A stretch of DNA of 64,000 nt from Azospirillum sp. (GTDB lineage Bacteria; Pseudomonadota; Alphaproteobacteria; Azospirillales; Azospirillaceae), in assembly GCF_035627195.1 (NCBI RefSeq), contig NZ_DASPMG010000121.1, positions 2,498 to 66,497 of the forward strand, in the 5' to 3' direction. The notes under the pieces are model-generated. The model made no database searches and had not been told where the DNA came from. It saw only the letters and a list, made by a program, of their open reading frames with translations. Each line of letters starts with the position of its first letter. Positions within the stretch are counted from its first letter, which is position 1. Made by a program: the position numbers and the translations under genes. This document shows, one piece after another, positions 9,660 to 17,665 of the stretch.

Positions 9660-10982
9660 GTGGCAAGCGCCTTGGACACCCCTCTTCCCGGCCGTGGCGG
9701 CATCTGGGAAAAGCCGGACTCCCTGTGGGAGGCGACGGCCCCGCCGCCACCCGCCCTGCCCATCCTGGCCGAATCCGTGCGCGCCGACCTGCTGGTGATC
9801 GGCGGCGGCTTCACCGGCCTGTCGGCGGCGCTGCACGCCGCCGAATCCGGCGCCAGCGCCGTGGTGCTGGAGGCCTCGGAACTCGGCCGCGGCGCCTCGG
9901 GGCGCAACAACGGGCAGGTCATCCCCACCCTCACCCGGCCCGACCCGGAAGACCTGATCACCCGCTTCGGGCCGGAAGCCGGCGAGCGATTCGTGGCTTT
10001 GGTGCGCGACAGCGCGTCCACCCTGTTCGACAGCGTCCGCCGCCTGGGCATCGACTGCGCGGCGGAGCAGACCGGCTGGGTCCAGCCCGCCCACACCCCC
10101 GGCCGCATCAAGATCGCCGAGCGCCGAGTCCGCCAATGGGGCGACCGCGGCGCACCCGTGGAGCTGCTGGACCGCGCCCAAATCCGCGACCTGCTGGGCA
10201 CCGACGCCTACTTCGGCGGCTGGACCAACCGCACCGGTGGCCATATCAACCCGCTGGCCCTCGTGCGCGGCCTGGCGTCCAAGGTGACGGCGGCCGGCGC
10301 CCGCGTGTTCGTCAACTCCCCCGCCCTCTCCGTGGAGCGGCGCGACGGCGTCTGGGTCGCCCGCACGCCGCAGGGCGAGGTGACGGCCGACGCGCTGGTG
10401 CTGGGCACCAACGGCTACGCCGCCCAGGTCTTCCCGCAGGTGCGGGACGAGGTGGTGCCGGTGCTGTCCTGGCAGATGGCCACCACGCCGCTGGGCGACA
10501 ACGTGCGCAAGAGCGTGATCCCCGGCCGGCAGGCCATGTCGGACACGCACGGCGACCTGCGCTTCATGCGCTGGACGGCGGACAACCGCATCGTCAGCGG
10601 CGGCGGCCTGATCGTGCCGTGGAACGGCGCCGACCGCCTGCGCCGCATCGTCGGGCAGCGGCTCGGCGCCATGTTCCCCGCCCTCCAGGGCGTCGCCTTC
10701 GACCACGTGTGGAACGGCCGCATCGCCATGACCACCGACTACACCCCGCGCGTCCACCGGCTGGCCGGCAACGGCTTCGCCTGGGCCGGGTGCAACGGGC
10801 GCGGCGTGGCGCTGTCCTTCTCGCTGGGCCGGGAGCTGGCCTACGCCGCACTCGGCCGCGACACGCGCGACCTCGCCCTGCCCTTCACCGAGCCGGCGCC
10901 GCTGCCCTTCAACCCGCTGTTGCAGCGCATCGGGCCGCTGAAGCTGCTGCAATATCGCTGGAACGACTCCCGCGAAATCTGA
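9660..10982 (+). CDS. FAD-dependent oxidoreductase (DAO/PuuB-like); start uncertain
   Basis: SLWEAT, IGGGFTGLSAA Rossmann motif, GASGRNNGQ, GCNGRGV. Confidence 0.85.
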   Translation: MASALDTPLPGRGGIWEKPDSLWEATAPPPPALPILAESVRADLLVIGGGFTGLSAALHAAESGASAVVLEASELGRGASGRNNGQVIPTLTRPDPEDLITRFGPEAGERFVALVRDSASTLFDSVRRLGIDCAAEQTGWVQPAHTPGRIKIAERRVRQWGDRGAPVELLDRAQIRDLLGTDAYFGGWTNRTGGHINPLALVRGLASKVTAAGARVFVNSPALSVERRDGVWVARTPQGEVTADALVLGTNGYAAQVFPQVRDEVVPVLSWQMATTPLGDNVRKSVIPGRQAMSDTHGDLRFMRWTADNRIVSGGGLIVPWNGADRLRRIVGQRLGAMFPALQGVAFDHVWNGRIAMTTDYTPRVHRLAGNGFAWAGCNGRGVALSFSLGRELAYAALGRDTRDLALPFTEPAPLPFNPLLQRIGPLKLLQYRWNDSREI

Positions 10983-11000
10983 CCGCCGGATAGGATGACC

Positions 11001-11492
11001 ATGGCCGACACCCCCGACTACCCCACCCTGCTGCGCAATTCCTACGCCATGCGCGCCGCCGCCTACGCGCACATGTTCGACGTGCTGCGCGAGCGGTTCG
11101 GCACCGAAACGGCGCTGGAGGTCGGCAAGGAATCCACCCGCCGCCTGGGCGAGAGCATGGGCGTGAAGTACGCGTCCCACGGCCCGTCCGACCTCGCCGG
11201 CCTGTGCGGCGCCTTCCTCGACGGCATCCCCAACCGCGACGAGATGTTCGCGCCCGAGGTGAAGCGCTGCGACGGCGAGGCGCTGGAGATCCACTTCCAC
11301 CGCTGCCCGCTGAAGGAAGCCTGGCAGGCGCAGGGCCGCTCCGACGCGGATCTCGAGCTGCTGTGCACGATGGCCGGCGCCATCGACGGCGGCCTGTTCG
11401 AGGCGGCCGGCTTCGTCTTCAAGGGCGAGACCTGGAAGCCCGGCGACGAGGGCTGCTGCCGCCTGAAGGTCCTGCCCGGCACCGCGAAATAA
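11001..11492 (+). CDS. L-2-amino-thiazoline-4-carboxylate hydrolase-family (V4R-like) protein
   Basis: HRCPLKEAW, LCTMAGAID and GCCRL conserved Cys pattern. Confidence 0.65.
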   Translation: MADTPDYPTLLRNSYAMRAAAYAHMFDVLRERFGTETALEVGKESTRRLGESMGVKYASHGPSDLAGLCGAFLDGIPNRDEMFAPEVKRCDGEALEIHFHRCPLKEAWQAQGRSDADLELLCTMAGAIDGGLFEAAGFVFKGETWKPGDEGCCRLKVLPGTAK

Positions 11493-11527
11493 CCACACGA
11501 ACACGACCAGGATTGGGAGCCACGACC

Positions 11528-12637
11528 ATGACCCTCCGCCTCGCCGCCCTCGCGGCGCTCACCGCCGCCGGCCTCGCCGGCTCGGCGCTTGCCGCCGACG
11601 CCGTGAAGCTCGGCTACCAGTTGCCGCTCACCGGCGACACCGCCCAGTACGGCCAGGACTTCCGCAAGGCCGCCGAGATCGCGCTGGAGGAATTCGCCAA
11701 GGCCGGCAAGCCCTTCAAGGTGGAGATCGTCTTCGAGGACAGCCGCTCCGACGCCAAGGAGGGCGTGAACATCGCCCGCAAGTTCGCCGACGACAAGGCG
11801 ATCGTCGGCGTGCTGGGCGACTTCACCTCCACCGTCTCCATGGCCGCCGCCCAGGTCTACAAGGAGGCCGGCGTCCCGCAGCTCTCCCAGACGGCGTCGC
11901 ACCCCGACTACGCCAAGATCTCGCAGTGGCAGTTCCGCAACATCGCCACCCAGGCGCAGGAAGGCCCCTACAACGCCAAGTGGATGCTGTCCAAGGGCAT
12001 CAAGACCGTCGCCGTGATCGCCGAGCAGACGGACTGGGGCCAGTCGGTCGTCTCCGGCTTCACCGAGGGCGTGAAGGCCAACGGCGGCACCGTGGTCTTT
12101 TCCGAGAACTTCAACCGCGGCCTGAAGGACTTCCGCTCGCTGATCAGCAAGATCGAGCGCGCGAAGCCCGACGCCATCTACACCGGCTTCTTCTACGAGG
12201 ATGGTGCGCAGTTCCTGAAGCAGCTCCAGCAGCTGGGCGTCAAGATCCCGGTCTACTCGACCTCGGCCGCCTACAGCCCGAAGCTGATCGAGCTGGCCGG
12301 CGAGGCGGCGGAGGGGCTGCGCCTGACGTCCAACTTCCTGCCCACCGATCCGACGCCGCACGTGCAGCAGTTCGTGGACGCTTGGAAGAAGCGCTCCGAC
12401 GGCGCCACGCCGGGCCAGTTCCCGGCCCAGGCCTATGACGCCGTCCGCATCATGATCGCCGCGGTCGAGCGCGCCCAGCCGAACCCGACGCGCGAGACCG
12501 TGCGCGCCGAACTGGCCAAGACCAAGGACTTCCCCGGCGTGACCGGCAAGACCACCTTCGGCCCCGACCGCGAGGCCGAAAAGGAACTGGTCAAGGTCGA
12601 GGTCAAGGGCGGCCAGTTCGCGCCCGTGAAAGAATAA
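11528..12637 (+). CDS. Branched-chain amino-acid-type ABC substrate-binding protein
   Basis: Signal peptide, PLTGDTAQYG, AQAYDAV, FPGVTG. Confidence 0.9.
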   Translation: MTLRLAALAALTAAGLAGSALAADAVKLGYQLPLTGDTAQYGQDFRKAAEIALEEFAKAGKPFKVEIVFEDSRSDAKEGVNIARKFADDKAIVGVLGDFTSTVSMAAAQVYKEAGVPQLSQTASHPDYAKISQWQFRNIATQAQEGPYNAKWMLSKGIKTVAVIAEQTDWGQSVVSGFTEGVKANGGTVVFSENFNRGLKDFRSLISKIERAKPDAIYTGFFYEDGAQFLKQLQQLGVKIPVYSTSAAYSPKLIELAGEAAEGLRLTSNFLPTDPTPHVQQFVDAWKKRSDGATPGQFPAQAYDAVRIMIAAVERAQPNPTRETVRAELAKTKDFPGVTGKTTFGPDREAEKELVKVEVKGGQFAPVKE

Positions 12638-12648
12638 TAATTTAATCG

Positions 12649-12816
12649 CCCTCCCCCGCCCCCGGCGGGGGAGGGAGGGACCCAAGCGAAGCTTGGGAGG
12701 GTGGGGGCAAGTTGCTTGCCGAGGATCAGCGGCTCAACGCCTGCCACACAGGCCGCTGCCCCCACCCTTCCCGCTTCGCGGGCCCCTTCCCTCCCCCGCC
12801 GGAGGCGAGGGAGGGA
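12649..12816. repeat. REP-like element family A
   Basis: Same terminal hairpins and GGGTGGGGGC...GCCCCCACCC inner inverted repeat as 3139, 16934 and 24197. Confidence 0.8.
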
Positions 12817-12827
12817 GAGAGGAAGAC

Positions 12828-13742
12828 ATGATCGACCCCTACTACCTCCAGCAGTTGGCGATCGGCCTGTCGCTGGGCATGACGTACGCGCTGATGGCGA
12901 TCGGCTTCACGCTGATCTTCGGCGTGCTGAACGTCGTCAACTTCGCGCACGGCGAGGTCTACACGCTGGGCGCCTTCGCGGGCCTCGTGCTGATCACCGC
13001 ATCCGCCCCGCCGATCTTCGCGGCGATCTTCGCGGCACTCGCCATCGGCGCCTTCGCCGGCTTCTCGCTGGAGCGCCTCGCCTTCAAGCCGTTCCGCCGC
13101 TTCACGGACGAGGCGTCGCTGAAGTCGCGCGCCATGCGCGAATCCACGCTGCTGTCGTCGCTGGCCGTGTCGATCATCGTGCGCGAGGGGCTGGAGATCG
13201 TCTTCGGCTCGCAGATGCGCTCGGTCCCGTTCGAATACCTGATCAACACCCCCGTGCGCGTCGGGCCGGTGATCCTGGTGACCGGCGACTTCATCATCTT
13301 CGCCGTGTCGGCCGTCATGCTGATCGGCCTGCAGTACCTGCTGCGGCGCACCCGCGTTGGCCTGTCGATCCGCGCCGTGTCCAACAACCCGCTGGGTGCG
13401 AAGTACGTGGGCATCGACACCGACCGCACCATCATCATGACGTTCGTCGTCGGCTCCATGATGGGGGCGGCGGCCGGCATCCTGGTGGGGCTCTACTACG
13501 GCGCCATCTTCCCGGCCATGGGCTTCGTGCCGGGCATCAAGGCGTTCGTCGCCATGGTCATGGGCGGGCTGTCGTCGATCCCGGGTGCGGTCATCTGCGC
13601 CCTCATCCTCGGCATCGCCGAGAGCATGGCGACGACCTTCGTGTCGTCCGGCTGGTCGGACATGGTGGCCTACGGCTTCCTGATCCTGACGCTGATCTTC
13701 TTCCCCAGCGGACTGTTCGGAGCCGGCCGTGAACGCGTCTAA
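12828..13742 (+). CDS. LivH-type ABC permease
   Basis: YALMAIGFTLIFGVLNVVNFAHGE; GGAGAGAGG RBS before ATG 12828. Confidence 0.92.
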   Translation: MIDPYYLQQLAIGLSLGMTYALMAIGFTLIFGVLNVVNFAHGEVYTLGAFAGLVLITASAPPIFAAIFAALAIGAFAGFSLERLAFKPFRRFTDEASLKSRAMRESTLLSSLAVSIIVREGLEIVFGSQMRSVPFEYLINTPVRVGPVILVTGDFIIFAVSAVMLIGLQYLLRRTRVGLSIRAVSNNPLGAKYVGIDTDRTIIMTFVVGSMMGAAAGILVGLYYGAIFPAMGFVPGIKAFVAMVMGGLSSIPGAVICALILGIAESMATTFVSSGWSDMVAYGFLILTLIFFPSGLFGAGRERV

Positions 13743-14742
13743 GAGCCCCACGCGCCTGATCGTCCCGGCGCTCGTCCTGCTGGCGGTGTTCGCGGCCCTG
13801 CCGGCGGTGCTGGCGTCCTTCGACCGCGGCTACTTCTACCAGATCGCCAACCTGTCGCTGATCTTCGTGCTGCTGGCCTCCTCGCTCCACCTCGTCACCG
13901 GGGTGGCCGGGCTGCTGCACCTGGGGCACGCGGCCTTCTACGGCGTCGGCGCCTACACGGCGGCCCTGCTGGCGACCAAGGCGGGTCTGGGCTTCACCTT
14001 CACCCTGCCGCTCTCCGGCCTCGTCGCGGCGCTGATCGCCTTCCTGGTGGCGCTGCCCACCATGCGGCTGGTCAGCATCTATTTCGCGGTCGCCACGCTC
14101 GCCATCGGGCAGATGCTGTATCTGGTGATGCTGAACTGGGTCGACTTCACCAAGGGTCCCAACGGCATCATCGTGACCAAGGGCCTGAACCTGTTCGGGT
14201 TCGACCTGTCCGGCCGGCTCGGCACCTACTACACGGTGGCCGCCGTGGTGACGCTGTGCGTGATCGCCATCGGGCGCCTCAGCCACTCCTACTACGGCAA
14301 CGCGCTGCGCTCGATCCGGGAGGACGACCAGTGCGCCGACGCCATGGGGGTGCGCACCGTGCGGTTGAAGATGGAGGTGTTCACCCTGTCGGCCTTCTTC
14401 GCCGGCGTGGCGGGCAGCTTGTGGGCGCACATGACCGGCTACATCTCGCCGGGCGACTTCAAGTTCTCCGAATCCATCCTGATCCTCGCCATGATCGTGG
14501 TGGGCGGCCTGGGCAGCCTGCCCGGCGCCATCATCGGGGCGCTGCTGCTGATCCTGCTGCCGGAGGGGCTGCGCGGGATGGGCGACTTCCGCAACATCAT
14601 GGTGGGCGTGGTGATGTTCCTGTCCATCCTCTTCCTGCCCAAGGGCCTGCTGGGCGAAGTCTCGGCGCTCAAGCTGGTGCGCCAGCAGCTCAACGCCGCG
14701 TGGCGGCGCACGGACAACGGCATCGGGATCGGCTGGCGATGA
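13729..14742 (+). CDS. LivM-type ABC permease
   Basis: LGHAAFYGVGAY, YFAVATLA, IREDD, VVGGLGS. Confidence 0.92.
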   Translation: MNASKSPTRLIVPALVLLAVFAALPAVLASFDRGYFYQIANLSLIFVLLASSLHLVTGVAGLLHLGHAAFYGVGAYTAALLATKAGLGFTFTLPLSGLVAALIAFLVALPTMRLVSIYFAVATLAIGQMLYLVMLNWVDFTKGPNGIIVTKGLNLFGFDLSGRLGTYYTVAAVVTLCVIAIGRLSHSYYGNALRSIREDDQCADAMGVRTVRLKMEVFTLSAFFAGVAGSLWAHMTGYISPGDFKFSESILILAMIVVGGLGSLPGAIIGALLLILLPEGLRGMGDFRNIMVGVVMFLSILFLPKGLLGEVSALKLVRQQLNAAWRRTDNGIGIGWR

Positions 14743-15497
14743 CGACGCATCTGGTGGAAATCGATCAGGCGACGCGCCGCTTCGGCGGCGTGCTCGCCGT
14801 GGACCGCGTCAGCTCCCACGTGGACGAGGGCGAACTGGTCGGGCTGATCGGCCCGAACGGGGCCGGCAAGACGACGCTGTTCAACCTCATCTCCGGCTTC
14901 ACGCCCTTGTCGGCCGGCACCGTGCGCTTCCGCGGGCGGACCATCAACGGGATGCGCCCCAATCAGGTCGCGCGCCTGGGCCTGGGCCGCACCTTCCAGA
15001 ACCTGCGCGTGTTCCCCAACATGTCGGTGTTCGACAACGTGTCGGTGGGTGCGGTGGGCACGCTGCCGCAGGGGCCGTTCGGCGCCCTCTTTGCGCGCGA
15101 CGGGCGCGCGCGGGACATCAGCGACCGCACGTGGCACGCCCTGGAACTCGCCGGCCTCACCGGCGTGGCGGACGAACTGGCGGCCAACCTCTCCTACGGC
15201 AAGCGCAAGTACCTGGAGATCGCGCGGGCGCTCGCCATGCAGCCCAAGTTCCTGATCCTCGACGAACCGGCCGCCGGCCTGAACGACACCGAGACGCGGG
15301 ACCTGGCCGCCTTCATCCGCCGCCTGCACGCGGGCGGCTTGACGATCATGCTGGTCGAGCACGACATGAACCTCGTCATGGGCATCTGCCAGCGCGTGAT
15401 CGTGCTGGCGTCCGGCCGCAAGATCGCCGACGCCCCGCCCGAGGAGGTGCGCCGCACCCCCGCCGTGCTCGAAGCCTATCTGGGAACGGACGAATGA
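14739..15497 (+). CDS. LivG-type ABC ATPase
   Basis: GPNGAGKTT, RTFQN, LDEPAAGL, VEHDM. Confidence 0.93.
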   Translation: MTTHLVEIDQATRRFGGVLAVDRVSSHVDEGELVGLIGPNGAGKTTLFNLISGFTPLSAGTVRFRGRTINGMRPNQVARLGLGRTFQNLRVFPNMSVFDNVSVGAVGTLPQGPFGALFARDGRARDISDRTWHALELAGLTGVADELAANLSYGKRKYLEIARALAMQPKFLILDEPAAGLNDTETRDLAAFIRRLHAGGLTIMLVEHDMNLVMGICQRVIVLASGRKIADAPPEEVRRTPAVLEAYLGTDE

Positions 15498-16198
15498 GCC
15501 TGCTCGCCATCGACAACCTGCACGTCGCCATGGGGCCGCAGGAAATCCTGCACGGCGTCAGCCTGACGGTGCCGGAAGGATCGATCGTCGCCGTGCTCGG
15601 CTCCAACGGGGTGGGCAAGACGACGCTGATGCGCGCCGTCTCCGGCATCTACCGGGCCAAGTCCGGCAGCATCGCCTTCCGCGGCCAGCCCATCGCCAAC
15701 CTGCCCGCCCACCGGATCGTCGACATGGGCCTGTGTCAGGCGCCGGAGGGGCGGCAGATCTTCTCCAACATGACCGTGCGCGAGAACCTCGTGCTGGGCG
15801 GCGGCGAGGCCGGCCTGGGCGAGCTGGAGCGCATCTTCACGCTGTTCCCCATCCTGTCGGAACGCCTGCGGCAGAACGCCGGTTCGCTGTCGGGCGGCGA
15901 GCAGCAGATGCTGTGCATCGCCCGCGCCCTGATGCGCCGGCCCAAGCTGCTGCTGCTGGACGAACCGTCCCTGGGCTTGGCGCCCAAGCTGGTCGCCCTC
16001 ATCTTCGATCTGGTGCAGCGCATCCGGGCGGAGGGGGTGTCGATCCTGATCGTCGAGCAGAACGCCCGCGCGGCCCTGCGCATCGCCGACCATGCCGCGG
16101 TGATGGAGGACGGCCGCATCGTGCTGGCCGGCCCCGCCGAGACCTTGCGCGACGACCCCCGCATCGCCGAGGCCTACCTCGGCGGACACGTGCATTGA
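15494..16198 (+). CDS. LivF-type ABC ATPase
   Basis: GSNGVGKTT, LSGGEQQM, LLDEPSLGLAP, VEQN. Confidence 0.93.
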   Translation: MSLLAIDNLHVAMGPQEILHGVSLTVPEGSIVAVLGSNGVGKTTLMRAVSGIYRAKSGSIAFRGQPIANLPAHRIVDMGLCQAPEGRQIFSNMTVRENLVLGGGEAGLGELERIFTLFPILSERLRQNAGSLSGGEQQMLCIARALMRRPKLLLLDEPSLGLAPKLVALIFDLVQRIRAEGVSILIVEQNARAALRIADHAAVMEDGRIVLAGPAETLRDDPRIAEAYLGGHVH

Positions 16199-16209
16199 AA
16201 ACCACGAAA

Positions 16210-16407
16210 GCCCCTCCCCCCTTGCGGGGGAGGGGTTGGGGAGAGGGGGATTACCGGCGGATGCCGGGAAGAAATCATCTTCCGCCCTGCCGGGCTCTCA
16301 GCGGATGCCAAAGGCATCCGCCTGACGCCGGCAGCGCTGGCCTTCGGCCAGCGTGAGAGGCGTAACCACCCTCTCCCCAACCCCTCTCCCGTCAAGGAAG
16401 AGGGGCT
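16210..16407. repeat. REP-like element family B
   Basis: CCCCTCCCCC..GCGGGGGAGGGGTTGGGGAGAGGGGG...CCCTCTCCCCAACCCCTCTCCC; shared with 36022, 40879, 42616 and 45451. Confidence 0.8.
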
Positions 16408-16438
16408 ATTGGGACGAGAGGCCCGATTGGAGGAACAC

Positions 16439-16915
16439 ATGACCCAGCAACTGGGCATCCTGGAGCGCCGCCGCATCGAGGCGGAGATCCTGAAGCCGGT
16501 CTACGAGGAGATGGTCGCCCGCTTCGGCGAGCAGGTGGCACAGGAGGTGCTGGGCACCGCCGTCTCCAAGGCCGCCGTCGCCGCCGCGGAAAACTTCGCC
16601 AAGGCCGAGCCCAACGGCACCAGCATCGAGACCTTCGCCGGCATCATGCCGCTGTGGCAGAAGGACGATGCGCTGCGCATGGAGGTGAAGCGGCAGGACG
16701 AGACCCACTTCGACTTCGACGTGAAGCGCTGCCGCTACGCCGAGATGTACCGCGAGATGGGGCTGGGCCACATCGGCCACCTGCTGTCCTGCAACCGCGA
16801 CGCCGCCTTCTGCACCGGCTATGACCCGAAGCTGAAGATGACGCGCACGCAGACCATCATGCAGGGCGCCGACCACTGCGACTTCCGCTACACGTACGAA
16901 GACGACAAGTCATAG
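16439..16915 (+). CDS. L-2-amino-thiazoline-4-carboxylate hydrolase-family protein
   Basis: RRRIEAEI, FDVKRCRYAEMY, LSCNRD, RTQTIMQGADHCDFRY; GGAGG RBS. Confidence 0.8.
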   Translation: MTQQLGILERRRIEAEILKPVYEEMVARFGEQVAQEVLGTAVSKAAVAAAENFAKAEPNGTSIETFAGIMPLWQKDDALRMEVKRQDETHFDFDVKRCRYAEMYREMGLGHIGHLLSCNRDAAFCTGYDPKLKMTRTQTIMQGADHCDFRYTYEDDKS

Positions 16916-16933
16916 AAAAACAGCGTTCTATAA

Positions 16934-17100
16934 CCCCTCCCCTGCCTCCGGCGGGGGAGGGAGGGACCCGCTCGAAGAGCGGGAGGGTGGGGGCAAGTTG
17001 TTCACCAAGGATCAACGGCCCAACGCCCGCCACAAAGGCCGTTGCCCCCACCCTGCCCGCTGACGTGGGCTTCCCTCCCCCGCCGGGGGCGAGGGAGGGA
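16934..17100. repeat. REP-like element family A
   Basis: Matches the 12649 and 24197 elements; lies between convergent genes. Confidence 0.8.
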
Positions 17101-17103
17101 GAT

Positions 17104-17586
17104 TCACCCCGCCGTGATCCGCACCACCTTCGCCCCCAGCACGCGCGCCAGGTCGCCCGGCGCCAGCGCGATCTGCAGCCCGCGCCGGCCGCCGTTGACC
17201 ACCATCTCCGGCAGCGCGTCGGCCGCCGCGTCGATGAAGGTCGCCAGCCGCTTGCGCTGGCCCAGCGGGCTGATGCCGCCCACCGTGTAGCCGGTCGTGC
17301 GCTCCGCCAGCGTCGGGTCGGCGAGGTCGGCCTTCTTGGCCCCGGCCGCGGCCGCCAGCGCCTTCACGTCCAGGCGCGCCGCCACCGGGATCACCGCGCA
17401 CACCAGGGCCTTCGTGTCCAGCTGCGCGATCAGCGTCTTGTAGACCACCGCCGGGTCGAGCCCCAGCGCCTCGGCCGCCGCAAGGCCGATGGCGTCGGCC
17501 GACGGGTCGTAGTCGTACTCCAGCAGCCGGAAGCGGACGCCCGCCGCCTTCGCCGCGTTCACCGCCGGTGTGCCCTTCGCCGCCAT
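17104..17586 (-). CDS. ybaK: Cys-tRNA(Pro) deacylase YbaK
   Basis: TPA, VYKTL, TGYTVGGISPLGQRKRL, NGGRRGL. Confidence 0.92.
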   Translation of the reverse strand: MAAKGTPAVNAAKAAGVRFRLLEYDYDPSADAIGLAAAEALGLDPAVVYKTLIAQLDTKALVCAVIPVAARLDVKALAAAAGAKKADLADPTLAERTTGYTVGGISPLGQRKRLATFIDAAADALPEMVVNGGRRGLQIALAPGDLARVLGAKVVRITAG

Positions 17587-17665
17587 GCCCCGCTCCGTCC
17601 GCCGAAAATCCCCGCCCCCGGTGATCGCCACCGTGATGCCGCAGATGCGGCACCCGCGTCCAGCG

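Noticed and set aside
12693-12827. N-terminal ORF extensions through REPs (also 42590-42709, 38164-38235, 3320-4000)
   Set aside because: They translate REP or neighbouring-gene DNA; downstream ATGs have proper RBS or translational coupling
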